Part shown: positions 38,467 to 47,992 of the stretch, in pieces
How positions within the stretch are numbered: the first letter of the stretch is position 1
Layout of the letters: each line of letters opens with the position of its first letter
NCBI GenBank assembly: GCA_963737655.1
Contig: CAVTTN010000002.1
Location: 736,001 to 800,000, forward strand
Source of the DNA: an uncultured Planctomycetota bacterium
Lineage (GTDB): Bacteria; Planctomycetota; Planctomycetia; Isosphaerales; Isosphaeraceae
Direction of reading: 5' to 3'
DNA: 64,000 nucleotides
Translations under genes and position numbers: made by a program
The notes under the pieces: model-generated
What the model saw: only the letters and a program-made list of their open reading frames with translations
Told to the model about the DNA's origin: nothing
Databases searched by the model: none

Positions 38467-39996
38467 TCAAGCCTTGGGGGGCGACTTGAACGGGTCGGGG
38501 TCGGTGTCGCCGAGGCCACCCCGGAGCGGCACTTTGCGGACGGGCTTGGGCGCCGGTTCGGCCTCCTCGTCCTCGTCTTCCGGCTCGGGCTTGGCGGTGA
38601 CGGGCAGGGGGCGGAGCGACAGCGAGATCTTCTTGTTGTCGGGGTCGAGCGAGAGGATGCGGACGTCCACTTCCTGGTCCGGCTGGACCACGTCCTTCAC
38701 GCGGAAGACCTTCTTCGGGCCGAGCTCGCTGATGTGGATCAGCCCCTCGACGCCCGGCTCGATCTCGACGAACGCGCCGAAGTCCATCAGCCGGGTGACC
38801 TTGCCCTTCACGGTCTGCCCCCGGCTGAAGCGGTCGTCGATGTCGTCCCACGGGCTGGCCACGAGCTGCTTGAGCCCCAGGCTGATCTTCGAGGTCGTCC
38901 GGTCGATCTTGAGGATCTTCACCTCGACCTGCTGGCCGACCCTCACGACGCTCGAAACGTCCTGGACGCGGGTCCAGGAGAGGTCGGAGACGTGGATCAG
39001 GCCGTCCACCCCGCCGAGATCGACGAAGGCGCCGAAGTCCTTGATCGAGCGGACCACGCCGGGCCGGACCTGCCCCTCTTCCAAAGCCGCCCAGGTCTGG
39101 GCCTTCATCTCCTCGCGCTCGATCTCGAGCAGGTCGCGGCGGGAGACCACCAGGTTCTTCTCTCGCTGGTTGGCCTCGGTGACGACCACCCGGAGCTTCT
39201 GGTTGATGTAGACCGACGCATCCTCGACGCGGTTGATGTCGATCTGGCCGATCGGCAAGAACCCGCGGATGCCATCGACGAGCACTTCCAAACCGCCCTT
39301 GTTCACCTTCGTCGGCCGGGCCTCGACGATCAGCCCCTTGCGCAAATTGGACCAGTCCGCCTCGACCGCCGCGCCCTTCAGCGAGAGGATCAGCAACCCC
39401 TCTTCATGGTCGAAGTGGTCCACCACGACGTCGATCAAATCGCCCGCGTTGGGCAACGGGTTCTCGCCGAACTGCTCGATCGGCACGATCCCCTCGCTCT
39501 TGGCGGCGAGGTCGACGAACACGGTCCGCCCCCGGACGCCGATAACCTTGCCTTTCCTCGCCCCCGAGCCGGTCTCCTGGCCGACGTCGGCCTTGTCGGC
39601 ATGGGAGCGGTCGGTGGCGCGGGTCCGGGGCCCGCGGTTCTGGACGTCGAGCGCGGAGGAATCGAACCCCTCCATCGCGTCCTGGAGCTCGGCTTCCAGG
39701 TCGTCGTCCCACTGACGCTTCAAAGAGACGGACTGGACCGGGGCCCGGTCCCCGCCCCGGGAGGTGGCGGCATCAAGGGCGCGGTCGATGTCCTCGATCC
39801 GGGTCGGCGCCGGGCCGTCGTCGTCATCGCGAGGACGGGGCGGACGGCCCTGAAAATTCGAGGGTGGCGAAGGGGCCGCGGGAGGTCGGCCGAAATCGGC
39901 CGCCGGAGCGGGGGCCGGGGCGTCGGGCCGAGGGCCTTCGGGGGCGGCGGGCGGCTCGTTCAACGAGCGGACGCGGCGGATCGGGGTCTCGTTCAT
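38467..39996 (-). CDS. S1 RNA-binding repeat protein (ribosomal protein S1 paralog, four S1 domains)
   Basis: GKVIGV..TVFVDL; NKGGLEV..GFLPIGQI; IKDFGAFVDLGGVDGLIHVSDLSW; LMDFGAFVEIEPGVEGLIHISEL; low-complexity N-terminus. Confidence 0.9.
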   Translation of the reverse strand: MNETPIRRVRSLNEPPAAPEGPRPDAPAPAPAADFGRPPAAPSPPSNFQGRPPRPRDDDDGPAPTRIEDIDRALDAATSRGGDRAPVQSVSLKRQWDDDLEAELQDAMEGFDSSALDVQNRGPRTRATDRSHADKADVGQETGSGARKGKVIGVRGRTVFVDLAAKSEGIVPIEQFGENPLPNAGDLIDVVVDHFDHEEGLLILSLKGAAVEADWSNLRKGLIVEARPTKVNKGGLEVLVDGIRGFLPIGQIDINRVEDASVYINQKLRVVVTEANQREKNLVVSRRDLLEIEREEMKAQTWAALEEGQVRPGVVRSIKDFGAFVDLGGVDGLIHVSDLSWTRVQDVSSVVRVGQQVEVKILKIDRTTSKISLGLKQLVASPWDDIDDRFSRGQTVKGKVTRLMDFGAFVEIEPGVEGLIHISELGPKKVFRVKDVVQPDQEVDVRILSLDPDNKKISLSLRPLPVTAKPEPEDEDEEAEPAPKPVRKVPLRGGLGDTDPDPFKSPPKA

Positions 39997-40207
39997 GATC
40001 GTCGATTCGCGAGAGAAAGACGGGGGCACGGCCCATCCCCCAAGCGTAGCGAACCCAAGCCCCGAGGCCAAGGTCATCCGCCCGCCCCAGGGCGAATGAA
40101 ATCCTCGGGACGCATGCCCACGTCTGTGTAAGCATGTCTTCCGTCTGGCGCGGCGGGATCGAACCGACGATGTGCTCACGTCCTCCACGAGACGGGGGTG
40201 GGTGGGT

Positions 40208-41197
40208 TCACCCGGGCGCCTCGTCCCGTTCGAGGGACCGAAGATGGAGATCGTACAGTTTCCCGGCCAGGTCCTGGAGGTGGCGTCGCCCCTTGCGATC
40301 GTCCTCCAACGCCTCGATCAGGTGGGCCGGGATTCCCTCGATCCCCAGGCGGGCGCCGACCAGCGCCCCGGCCATCGCCGCCAGCGTGTCGGTGTCGTTG
40401 CCCTGACCGATCGCCCGGCTGACCACGCCGGGATAGTCGTCCGGCGAGGCGGCGAAGATGGCGATCGACGTGATGACCGATCTGTGCGCCTCCAGGCTAT
40501 TGCCGAAGCCTCCGACCGAGTCGAACCGCTTCAGCCGCCTCGCGATGGAGAGTTGCCACCGGAACTCCTCGGTCTGCGCGTACCGGGACAGTTCCCCGAA
40601 GAACGCCCTTCGATCGAATTTCCCCCCGCGCAGTGCCAGGGACACGGCGACCGCGATCAGCCTCGCCCCGTCGATCCCGATCGGGTGGGTATGCGTCGGC
40701 AAAGCCGATCGCGCGGCCTGTTCGGCGACGCGGTCGAGATCGTTGCAGAACAGGAGGCCGATGGGCGCGGCTCGCATCGCGGCGCCGTTGCCGAGAGAGC
40801 CGCCGGGGAACACGGACTGTGCCAGGGGCCGCCAGTCCTTACCATCGAGGATCGCCTCCAGGATCCGCCGGGCGCCGGGGCCGTAGCCTCGGGCCGGGTC
40901 GTAATTCGAGGCGAAGGCCGCGCAAAGCGTCGCCTCGTCGATCTCGCCGCGCTCGATCAGGGCCTCGGCGACCCCGATGGCCATCTGGGTATCGTCGGTG
41001 TAGCGGAGGACGTCCGCCTGTGGGCCCCGGACGATCGCCTCGGCGGGACCCATCCGGTAGATCATGTCATCAAGCAGCCCCTCGAACGGCGCGCCCAGGC
41101 TATCGCCGATGGCCTGCCCCAGCAAGCACCCCAGGAATTGCTCGCGGCGGGGGGGATTCGGGAAGAGCCGATCACCGATTTCCTGGGGCATCGACAT
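40208..41197 (-). CDS. ADP-ribosylglycohydrolase (DraG/ARH family)
   Basis: GQAIGDSLG, YTDDTQM, RGYG, SLGNGAAMR, THTHP, GNDTDTLAAMAGAL. Confidence 0.93.
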   Translation of the reverse strand: MSMPQEIGDRLFPNPPRREQFLGCLLGQAIGDSLGAPFEGLLDDMIYRMGPAEAIVRGPQADVLRYTDDTQMAIGVAEALIERGEIDEATLCAAFASNYDPARGYGPGARRILEAILDGKDWRPLAQSVFPGGSLGNGAAMRAAPIGLLFCNDLDRVAEQAARSALPTHTHPIGIDGARLIAVAVSLALRGGKFDRRAFFGELSRYAQTEEFRWQLSIARRLKRFDSVGGFGNSLEAHRSVITSIAIFAASPDDYPGVVSRAIGQGNDTDTLAAMAGALVGARLGIEGIPAHLIEALEDDRKGRRHLQDLAGKLYDLHLRSLERDEAPG

Positions 41198-41329
41198 GAG
41201 ACAGGCTCCGTTCTCATCCCGTCCGATGGCCGTGCGGACCCGAAGGCGAACATGCCGACCGACGGGGGCCTCGCACAAGTCCCCTCCCCATCGCACGCCA
41301 AGATCCACCGCGGGGCGCGGTTGGGCACC

Positions 41330-41542
41330 TTACGCCCCGTGGAAGGTCTCCCATGACAGCCCGAGTTGCCTGACGGCCGCGCGGATCGTTCCGAGTTTGA
41401 GATCGTCGCCGCCCCAGTCTGGCACGACCGTGTGCCGTCCCGTCAGCGGATTCAGCCACTTTCTGTGAGAGCCGCCGCCGGTCCTCGGCACCTCGAGACA
41501 GCCCAGGCTCGACAACTTCCTCGCGACCTCACGGTATCTCAT
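41330..41542 (-). CDS. hicA: HicA family toxin
   Basis: 70 aa; L..LG...R.GGGSH....NP...TVVP....DLK.GTIRA.VRQLG. Confidence 0.9.
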   Translation of the reverse strand: MRYREVARKLSSLGCLEVPRTGGGSHRKWLNPLTGRHTVVPDWGGDDLKLGTIRAAVRQLGLSWETFHGA

Positions 41543-41784
41543 GGGACGGTGACGACCAGGTCCATCCTCACCGGCTCGCCGGGTTCCTCGACCGTCAATT
41601 CGGGCGGCAGGGACCGCCCCTGGTCGCGATAGATCTCCAGGACCGCCGCGAATGCGTCCCGGACGTTCTCCAGGGCATCCTCCACCGAGTCTCCCTCGGT
41701 CAACAATTCCGGGATCGCGGGGGAAGTGACGGTGTATCCTCCCTCGGGCTGCGGATCGAACAGGAGCGAAAGTTTGTAATGCAT
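41539..41784 (-). CDS. hicB: HicB family antitoxin (short, no DNA-binding domain evident)
   Basis: EGGYTVTSPAIPELLTEGDSVEDALENVRDA; stop overlaps hicA start (ATGA). Confidence 0.9.
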   Translation of the reverse strand: MHYKLSLLFDPQPEGGYTVTSPAIPELLTEGDSVEDALENVRDAFAAVLEIYRDQGRSLPPELTVEEPGEPVRMDLVVTVP

Positions 41785-41804
41785 CACTTCCCTCATCTCG
41801 TCCG

Positions 41805-42467
41805 TCAATCGACGAGTTCCAGAGTCGCCCAGAGGCTCGGGTCTTCGGCGACCGGGAAATCCCGGCCGACGGTGAGGAACTGATCGCCTCGCGAGGGGTC
41901 GGTGACCTGATACGCCAGGCCGAGACGGCGGTTGGTGTCGGGGTCGAAGCCGTTCAGGGCGGCGGCGGGGAAGAACAGCTCGATCCGCCAGCCTCCCTTG
42001 AGCTTTTCGGCCTTCGCCCGGATCGTCTCCGGCCTGGCCATCGGGGGGTCGGCCAGGGCCCGGTGGATCGTTTTTTGTTCGACCACGACTTCGAGGGTTT
42101 TCGTCGCCTTTTCGGGCTTCAACGTCGCCGAAAATCGGTGGCAATAGCGGGTCGCGCGGTGGACGTCGCGGGTGTCCCGGGTGTCGATCCAGAGCTGGAT
42201 CCCGTCGTTCCCTTCGGGGAGATAGGGATCGTGGCGGATCGGCCGGGTCTTGCCCGAGATTTCGACCTGGACCGCCAGTCCTCCGGGGTTCCACGCCGCG
42301 CGGACGTCCGCCCACGAGTCCTTCCCCTCCAGCGCCGACGACGACACCAATCGGCACGTCTCGGGGAGGTCCAGGAGCCTCTCGCCGCCTTGGGGGAGGC
42401 CGTCCACCTTCTTGCACGGGAAGGCCAGGCGGAACCAGAACGTTTGCGGGATCAGGGCGGAGCTCAT
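41805..42467 (-). CDS. hypothetical protein, DOMON/CBM9-like beta-sandwich
   Basis: DVRAAWN..GL, DGIQLWIDTRD, GWRIELFFP, LGLAYQVTD, PSLWATLEL. Confidence 0.7.
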   Translation of the reverse strand: MSSALIPQTFWFRLAFPCKKVDGLPQGGERLLDLPETCRLVSSSALEGKDSWADVRAAWNPGGLAVQVEISGKTRPIRHDPYLPEGNDGIQLWIDTRDTRDVHRATRYCHRFSATLKPEKATKTLEVVVEQKTIHRALADPPMARPETIRAKAEKLKGGWRIELFFPAAALNGFDPDTNRRLGLAYQVTDPSRGDQFLTVGRDFPVAEDPSLWATLELVD

Positions 42468-42500
42468 GGTGAAGTCGCGAGGGCCGGGCTCGGGCGGGTC

Positions 42501-42830
42501 CTAATCGAGATATCCGTCGGAATACGGCTTCGGCTTCGACCAGGCCGGAGGCCGGAAGATGGCGAGCAGGATCATGCTCGCGCCGAGCCCCACGAACAGC
42601 ACGGCGAGGTGGAAATTGTACAGGGCCCACACGCCAATGGCGATGGCCCAGAACCCGCCCTGGAACGCGTACCAGCCCCGGCCCTTCACCAGCCCCTCGA
42701 CGATCGCCGAGGCGCCGATGACGAACAGGATTCCCGGCCACCAGGCGTGGGTGTAGAACAAGAGGCCCAGGCCGATCAGCCAGACGCCCCCGACGATCTG
42801 CCCGGCCCGTTCCCTGTCGAGATAACGCAT
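42501..42830 (-). CDS. small multi-pass membrane protein
   Basis: GGVWLIGLGLLF..WWPGILFVIG; about four hydrophobic helices. Confidence 0.75.
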   Translation of the reverse strand: MRYLDRERAGQIVGGVWLIGLGLLFYTHAWWPGILFVIGASAIVEGLVKGRGWYAFQGGFWAIAIGVWALYNFHLAVLFVGLGASMILLAIFRPPAWSKPKPYSDGYLD

Positions 42831-42894
42831 CGTCCAGACCTCCCGCGACGTTGCCCGGAACCCCGTCCCCGAAGTGTTCGCCCGGTCCTCGCGA

Positions 42895-43113
42895 TTATTG
42901 CTCGCCCCGGTCCTCGCGGCCCAGGGCCAGGCCGTAGCGGATCAGGGTGATTCCCGCCCAGAGCGTCACGACGAGCTCGACCCCCGCCATCGCGCCGCGA
43001 AGATGCCCGATCGGCGTCCCGAGGCGGCACGCGACCTCCGCCAGTCCCAGCCCCAACAGCATCCCGGACGGCACCACGACGAGCAAGGGGATCAAGCTCC
43101 CTCGATCGCGCAT
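42895..43113 (-). CDS. small two-helix membrane protein (hypothetical)
   Basis: MRDRGSLIPLLVVVPSGMLLGLGL...; fills the gap between ribH and the next gene on the same strand. Confidence 0.5.
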   Translation of the reverse strand: MRDRGSLIPLLVVVPSGMLLGLGLAEVACRLGTPIGHLRGAMAGVELVVTLWAGITLIRYGLALGREDRGEQ

Positions 43114-43123
43114 CCGCCCCCGG

Positions 43124-43633
43124 TCACGCCGTCCCATGGAACCCGAACGTCGAGCTGCCCGAGCCTCCGGCGCGGATCGCCTTCATGAGGTTCGCCATCT
43201 CGACGGCCGCCATCGCGGCCTCGCCCCCCTTGTTGCCGGCCTTCAGGCCCGAGCGGTTGAGCGCCTGCTCGACGGTGTCGGTCGTCAGGATGCCGAAGAT
43301 GACCGGCACGCCCGTCGACAGGCCCGCGTTCATGATCCCCGATGCCGTCTGACCGGCCACGTGATCATAATGGCCCGTTTCCCCCCGGATGATGCATCCG
43401 AGGCAGATCACGCCGACATATTTGCCCGAATCGGCCAGGGTGCGCGCGACGATGGGGACCTCGAACGACCCGGGGACCCAGGCCACGTCCAATCGGTCCT
43501 CGCCCACGCCGAGGCGGGCGAAGGCGTCGCGGCACCCGGCGAGGAGGGCGTCGGTGACCAGGCGGTTGAACCGGCTCGCCACCACGGAGAAGCGGCCGGA
43601 GGGGGCGGAGAAGTCGCCTTCGAAGGTGGGCAT
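43124..43633 (-). CDS. ribH: 6,7-dimethyl-8-ribityllumazine synthase
   Basis: VASRFN, VPGSFEVP, CLGCIIRGETGHYDHVA, PVIFGILT, GNKGGEAA. Confidence 0.97.
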   Translation of the reverse strand: MPTFEGDFSAPSGRFSVVASRFNRLVTDALLAGCRDAFARLGVGEDRLDVAWVPGSFEVPIVARTLADSGKYVGVICLGCIIRGETGHYDHVAGQTASGIMNAGLSTGVPVIFGILTTDTVEQALNRSGLKAGNKGGEAAMAAVEMANLMKAIRAGGSGSSTFGFHGTA

Positions 43634-43945
43634 GATGGCCTTGATCGGGTCCGAAGTTCGGGATGATGGCGGATCATCTCGGAGTATGGCCAATGCGGCG
43701 GGATCATTCCAGACGAACCGGCCGACGAATCGAGGACCCGCCTCCTCGCGGACCCTGCGGTCCCATGGCGATTCGGAATACCCGGAGCACGTCGCCAGGG
43801 CCTCCAAAACGCGGGCGGGGGTAACCCTCGGGAGACTTCGGCTCCTCTCCGGCGGGTCACAGGTCCCACGATCGTTCAGACCGACAAGACCCAGCGTCGA
43901 TCCCTTACGTGCGGCGTCCTTCGATGGCGACGCTCAGCCGCGAGG

Positions 43946-44146
43946 TCAGGCATCGGCGTCGACCTCGGCCTCGCCGACCGCTTCCCAGAACCAGACGACG
44001 ACGTGCCTCGCGGAGCGGACGGTCTCGCCGTGCGAGATGCTGATGACTCTCTCCGGACCGAGCCGACCGGCGAATTCGGCGGCCCGGCGAAGCACAGGCT
44101 CCCAGCTCAGATCGGTGCCCTCGAATATGCGGAACGCAGCTCGCAT
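43946..44146 (-). CDS. small hypothetical protein (66 aa)
   Basis: MRAAFRIFEGTDLSWEPVLRRAAEFAGRLGPERVISISHGE...VVVWFWE; compact alpha/beta pattern. Confidence 0.65.
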   Translation of the reverse strand: MRAAFRIFEGTDLSWEPVLRRAAEFAGRLGPERVISISHGETVRSARHVVVWFWEAVGEAEVDADA

Positions 44147-44413
44147 GGTCGGGCCCCCTATCCGGCGTCCGGGCGGCGGCACAGGAAGCCGGCTCTCTGA
44201 CGGATCCGCCGTGTGGAAACATCAAATTTTACCACGGCCACTCGCGCATTACGAGCCGCCGGTGGGGCCGTCGTCCAGAGGGCCGGGCGGCGGCACCGAC
44301 CCCAAGGTCATCGCGCCTCCGACCGGCGGGTTGATCTCCTGTCTGATCGACGGTCTTCCACACGAACGGCCGGGATCTCATTCGGGGCTCGCGGCGCTGG
44401 GCTCGGGCTGATC

Positions 44414-47400
44414 TTAACCCCTGGGCGAGACCCCGGGGGCGACGGCTTTCGCGTCCGGGCCGGTCGGCGGGGATCGGCCGCCCGGGGAGGGCGCCTTGAC
44501 CGCATCGGCCGCCTCGTCGCGAAGACCCCGGAGGTCCGCCTCCGGTGGCGGGCCCTTGGGGTCGATCATCGAGAGGGCCTTCTCGTTGCAGGTCTCCGCC
44601 TCCTCCATCCGGCCCTGCCTGGCGCGGAGGATCGCCATGGGGAACCAGTTGTAAGGCGAGGAGCCCCCCGGCCTCGATAGCGCGCTGGAGAGCGCTCTTT
44701 CGGCCTTCGCCAGGTCGCCGGCGCGGAGGGCGGCCAAGCCCAGGGTATTCTCGCAAGTGCCGTTACCCTGAGCCAGGCTCGCGGCCTTCAGGGCGATGGT
44801 CAAAGCCTCGCCCGGAGACCTCCTGGCGGGGTCGGAGTGAGTGGCCAGGGCCCAGGCGAGATTGTTGAGGGCCCGCCAGTCGTCCGGCTTGAGGCGGACC
44901 GCTTCCCGGTCCTGGAGGATCGCCTCGTCGAAGTTCCCGTTGCTGTTCAGGAGCGCCCCGAGCTTGAACCGGAGGACGGCGTCGTCGGGGGCCGCCAGGA
45001 CCTTCTTCCGGGCTTCCGCGATCTTCGCTTCGGGCCCGGACGGTGAGGACGACGGGGCCGGGACCGGGGACGGCCCGGCCTTCAGCCCGCCGAGGTCGGC
45101 CTCGCGGTCGGACCAGATCAGGAGGAGGCCGTACCCGGCCGTCGCGATCCGGTGGCCGTCCGGGCTCCAGGCGACGCCATTCAACCACAGCTTCCGGGCG
45201 GCCTCGGGCATCGTGAGCGTCACGAGATTCCGCCCGTTGCGGGCGTCCCAGATCTCGACGTGCCCGACCCCGGCGCCGACCAGGCGATCGCCCTTCGGGT
45301 TGTAGGCGGCGAACCAGGAGCGTTCGGTCCGCTCGCAGGTGAGGGCCAGGCCCTTCGCCTCCAGGTCCCAGACGATCACGGCATGCTCGGTCGCGCCGGC
45401 CAGCCTCCGGCCGTCGGCCGTCAGCGACAGGCTCCCGGCGGTCTCCGGGAGGGTGAACGACTCCTTCCCGGTCTCGACCTCGCGACGGATGATGCCGCTC
45501 CATCCGCTGACGATCCACCGGCCGTCGGGGCCCCACACCACGTCCGTCACCAGGTTGGCATGGGTGAATGTGCGGCCGCCGTCCCCCCGGGCGTCCCCGG
45601 GGGCCTGGACCGGGAAGATCCTCGTGGTCCCGTCCTCGCCCGCCGAGGCGATCGACCGGCCGTCGGGGCTGAAGCTCAGGCCGAAGATCACGGTGTCGTG
45701 CTTGTCGGTCGGCCTCGGCGAGTGGGCCTGGATGCTGCGTTCCAGGGCCAGCGTCGGCGTCTTCCAGAGCCGGATCACGCCGTCGCGGCTCCCCGTGGCG
45801 ATCCGAGTGCCGTCGGGGCTGTAGGCGATCGCCCGGCTCGCCTTGTCGGTGGACCTCTCGCGGCGGATCGATCGGCCGGTGGCCGCCTCGAACAGGGCCA
45901 GCGACGAGCCCCCGTCCGGGTCGGTGAGGATGACCGCAAGCCGGGAGCCGTCGGGGCTGAAGGCGAATTTCGACGGCGAGCACCCCGGCAGCCTGACCAG
46001 GACGAGGTCCTGCTCGGTGGCCGAGGCGATCCCCTGCTCGTAGGAGACCTCGGGGCCCAGGGAGACGCTCCGGCCCGCCAACTGGCCGAGCCTGCGGAGG
46101 TAATCCCACTCCCAGCCGCGGAGGTCCGCCGGGCACCCGTCCAGGATTCCCTGGGCCGTCCTCGTGTCCCCGGCGGAGAGCCGCACCCGGACTCCGCCGA
46201 TCCGAAGGCCGTATTCCAGCCTCCGCGCCTGCTCGGCTCGGTCGTCGGAGGCGGGTGTGGGGGCCGGGACAGGAGCGGGATCGGGCGACCGCGCCAGGTC
46301 TCTCACCGCCGCGTCACGACCCCAACCGGAGGCGCCATGCCGCCAGAGGCCGAGCCCCGCCAGCAGGATCGTCGTCGCGCCGACCGCGACCCAACCGAGG
46401 CGGCGGGAGCGTCGCCGCTCGGGCCGGCCGAGGAGGCCGCGCCCATCCTGCGTCTCGACGATCACCCCGGTGACCGCCCTCGGCGCCGGGGCTTGCCCGG
46501 CACTCTCGCCGAGGCGTTCGGGCGGGACGGGATCGAGGCCGGGCCGGTCTGCCAGGGTCGTCCGTCCGGCCAGCCATCGCCGGAGGTCCCGGGCCAGCTC
46601 CCGACAGCCTGGGTATCGACCGGCCGGGTCCTTCGCCAGGGCCTTCAGGCAGATCGCCTCCAGTTCGGCCGGAACTTCGGGGCGGAAGTCGCGCAGAGGC
46701 GGTGGGGAGGTGTGCAAGGTGTGGTAGATCAGCACGCCGAGGGGACCCGCGAACGGCACCCGGCCGCAAAGCATCTCGTAGAGGACCACGCCGAGGCTGT
46801 ACTGGTCGCCGGCCGGCTCGACCTCGTGGCTCCGGCCGGACGCCTGCTCGGGGGAGAGATAGGCCGGAGTTCCCAGGATCGAGCCGGCCCGAGTCAGCTT
46901 CGCTCCGCTGGCGCTCAGGTGGGCGAGGCCGAAGTCGGCCAGGTGGGGACGGTCCTCGGCGTCCAGGAGCACGTTCGCGGGCTTCACGTCGCGGTGGACG
47001 ACGCCCTCCTCGTGGGCGTGGTCCAGGGCGTCGGCCAGGTCGCTGGCGATCCGGGCCGCGCGTCGGGGCTCGAGCGGCCCTTCGTCGATCGCCTCGGCCA
47101 GGCTTCGACCGGCGATGAAGGCCGAGGCGATGTAGAAGGTCCCGTCTTCCGCGCCGGCCTCGTACACCGTCACGATCCGAGCATGGCGCAGCCGGGCCGC
47201 CACGCGGGCCTCGCGTCGGAACCGCTCGACGACCTGCTCGTCGCGCTGGAACTCCGCGTGGAGCACCTTGAGGGCCACCTCGCGGTCGAGCTTCGGATCG
47301 ACGGCCCGATAGACGGTCCCGAAAGCTCCGGCTCCCAACCGTTGTTTCACCAGAAAGCGACCGATGCTACCGGGCAGAGGGGCCCGAGACGGAGGGACGT

Positions 47401-47575
47401 CCCCCGGGGGGGCCGAGTCGGCCGAGGAACCGACCGTCGATCCGGCGAACTCTCCCGACGGCGTCAGGACGAACGCTTCACCGCACCCCTTGCACCGGCC
47501 CCGCCGGCCGATCAGCGAGCCGTCGATCGAGTACGACCGCGCACAGGCCGGACATTGGATCGAGACGGCGGGCAC
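44414..47575 (-). CDS. Zn-ribbon + Hanks-type Ser/Thr kinase + TM + WD40 + TPR protein
   Basis: CPAC..CKGC; GAGAFGTVY, VALK, HRDVKPAN, DFG, GTPAYLSPE; RGWEWDYL; WD40 repeats; TPR-like ALNNLAWALAT and NTLGLA. GTG start assumed. Confidence 0.93.
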   Translation of the reverse strand: MPAVSIQCPACARSYSIDGSLIGRRGRCKGCGEAFVLTPSGEFAGSTVGSSADSAPPGDVPPSRAPLPGSIGRFLVKQRLGAGAFGTVYRAVDPKLDREVALKVLHAEFQRDEQVVERFRREARVAARLRHARIVTVYEAGAEDGTFYIASAFIAGRSLAEAIDEGPLEPRRAARIASDLADALDHAHEEGVVHRDVKPANVLLDAEDRPHLADFGLAHLSASGAKLTRAGSILGTPAYLSPEQASGRSHEVEPAGDQYSLGVVLYEMLCGRVPFAGPLGVLIYHTLHTSPPPLRDFRPEVPAELEAICLKALAKDPAGRYPGCRELARDLRRWLAGRTTLADRPGLDPVPPERLGESAGQAPAPRAVTGVIVETQDGRGLLGRPERRRSRRLGWVAVGATTILLAGLGLWRHGASGWGRDAAVRDLARSPDPAPVPAPTPASDDRAEQARRLEYGLRIGGVRVRLSAGDTRTAQGILDGCPADLRGWEWDYLRRLGQLAGRSVSLGPEVSYEQGIASATEQDLVLVRLPGCSPSKFAFSPDGSRLAVILTDPDGGSSLALFEAATGRSIRRERSTDKASRAIAYSPDGTRIATGSRDGVIRLWKTPTLALERSIQAHSPRPTDKHDTVIFGLSFSPDGRSIASAGEDGTTRIFPVQAPGDARGDGGRTFTHANLVTDVVWGPDGRWIVSGWSGIIRREVETGKESFTLPETAGSLSLTADGRRLAGATEHAVIVWDLEAKGLALTCERTERSWFAAYNPKGDRLVGAGVGHVEIWDARNGRNLVTLTMPEAARKLWLNGVAWSPDGHRIATAGYGLLLIWSDREADLGGLKAGPSPVPAPSSSPSGPEAKIAEARKKVLAAPDDAVLRFKLGALLNSNGNFDEAILQDREAVRLKPDDWRALNNLAWALATHSDPARRSPGEALTIALKAASLAQGNGTCENTLGLAALRAGDLAKAERALSSALSRPGGSSPYNWFPMAILRARQGRMEEAETCNEKALSMIDPKGPPPEADLRGLRDEAADAVKAPSPGGRSPPTGPDAKAVAPGVSPRG

Positions 47576-47926
47576 TTCGGGGGTCTCCCGGCAGCGGTGA
47601 TTGGGACTGGCGAGCCGCACCGCCCGCCGGGACCGCGCCCCGCTCGCTGTAGGTGCGAACGATTATCGATCCTGGATCGAGGAGGGTCAATCGTCGAGCG
47701 GGCCATCGGCGCGGGCGATCCGTCCGTCGCGCCGGGCGGCGTCAGCAGTCCGCGGTCATCCTTTCGCCGGAGAACGTCATGGCCTGGTGGACGATGCCTC
47801 GAACCTCCGGATCGCCCTGACGCCGTGGACGCTCCGCCGCCATTCGATGCTGGAGAGCCGGATGATCGATCCGCGCAAATGATCATCGGCTCATGAGTCG
47901 CGATTGGTGGCGACGTCGGATTTCCT

Positions 47927-47954
47927 TCGTCCCCACGCGGAACGTGGGAACGAG
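47927..47954. repeat. REP-like hairpin downstream of giant gene
   Basis: TCGTCCCCACG-CGGAA-CGTGGGAACGA; minus strand reads CTCGTTCCCACGTTCCGCGTGGGGACGA. Confidence 0.6.
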
Positions 47955-47992
47955 TAATTGAGCAAGCACTAACCCAAGATAATTACACATGA

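Noticed and set aside
40145..40170. tRNA T-arm-like fragment on minus strand (GTCGGTTCGATCCCGCCGCGCCA) as an att site
   Set aside because: Stem has a mismatch, there is no cloverleaf or proper acceptor spacing, and no integrase or second copy is present.
43634..43940. FMN riboswitch upstream of ribH
   Set aside because: The conserved RFN segments (AGGGC-GGGTGAAATTCCC, AGTCCGGATG) are not present on the minus strand.
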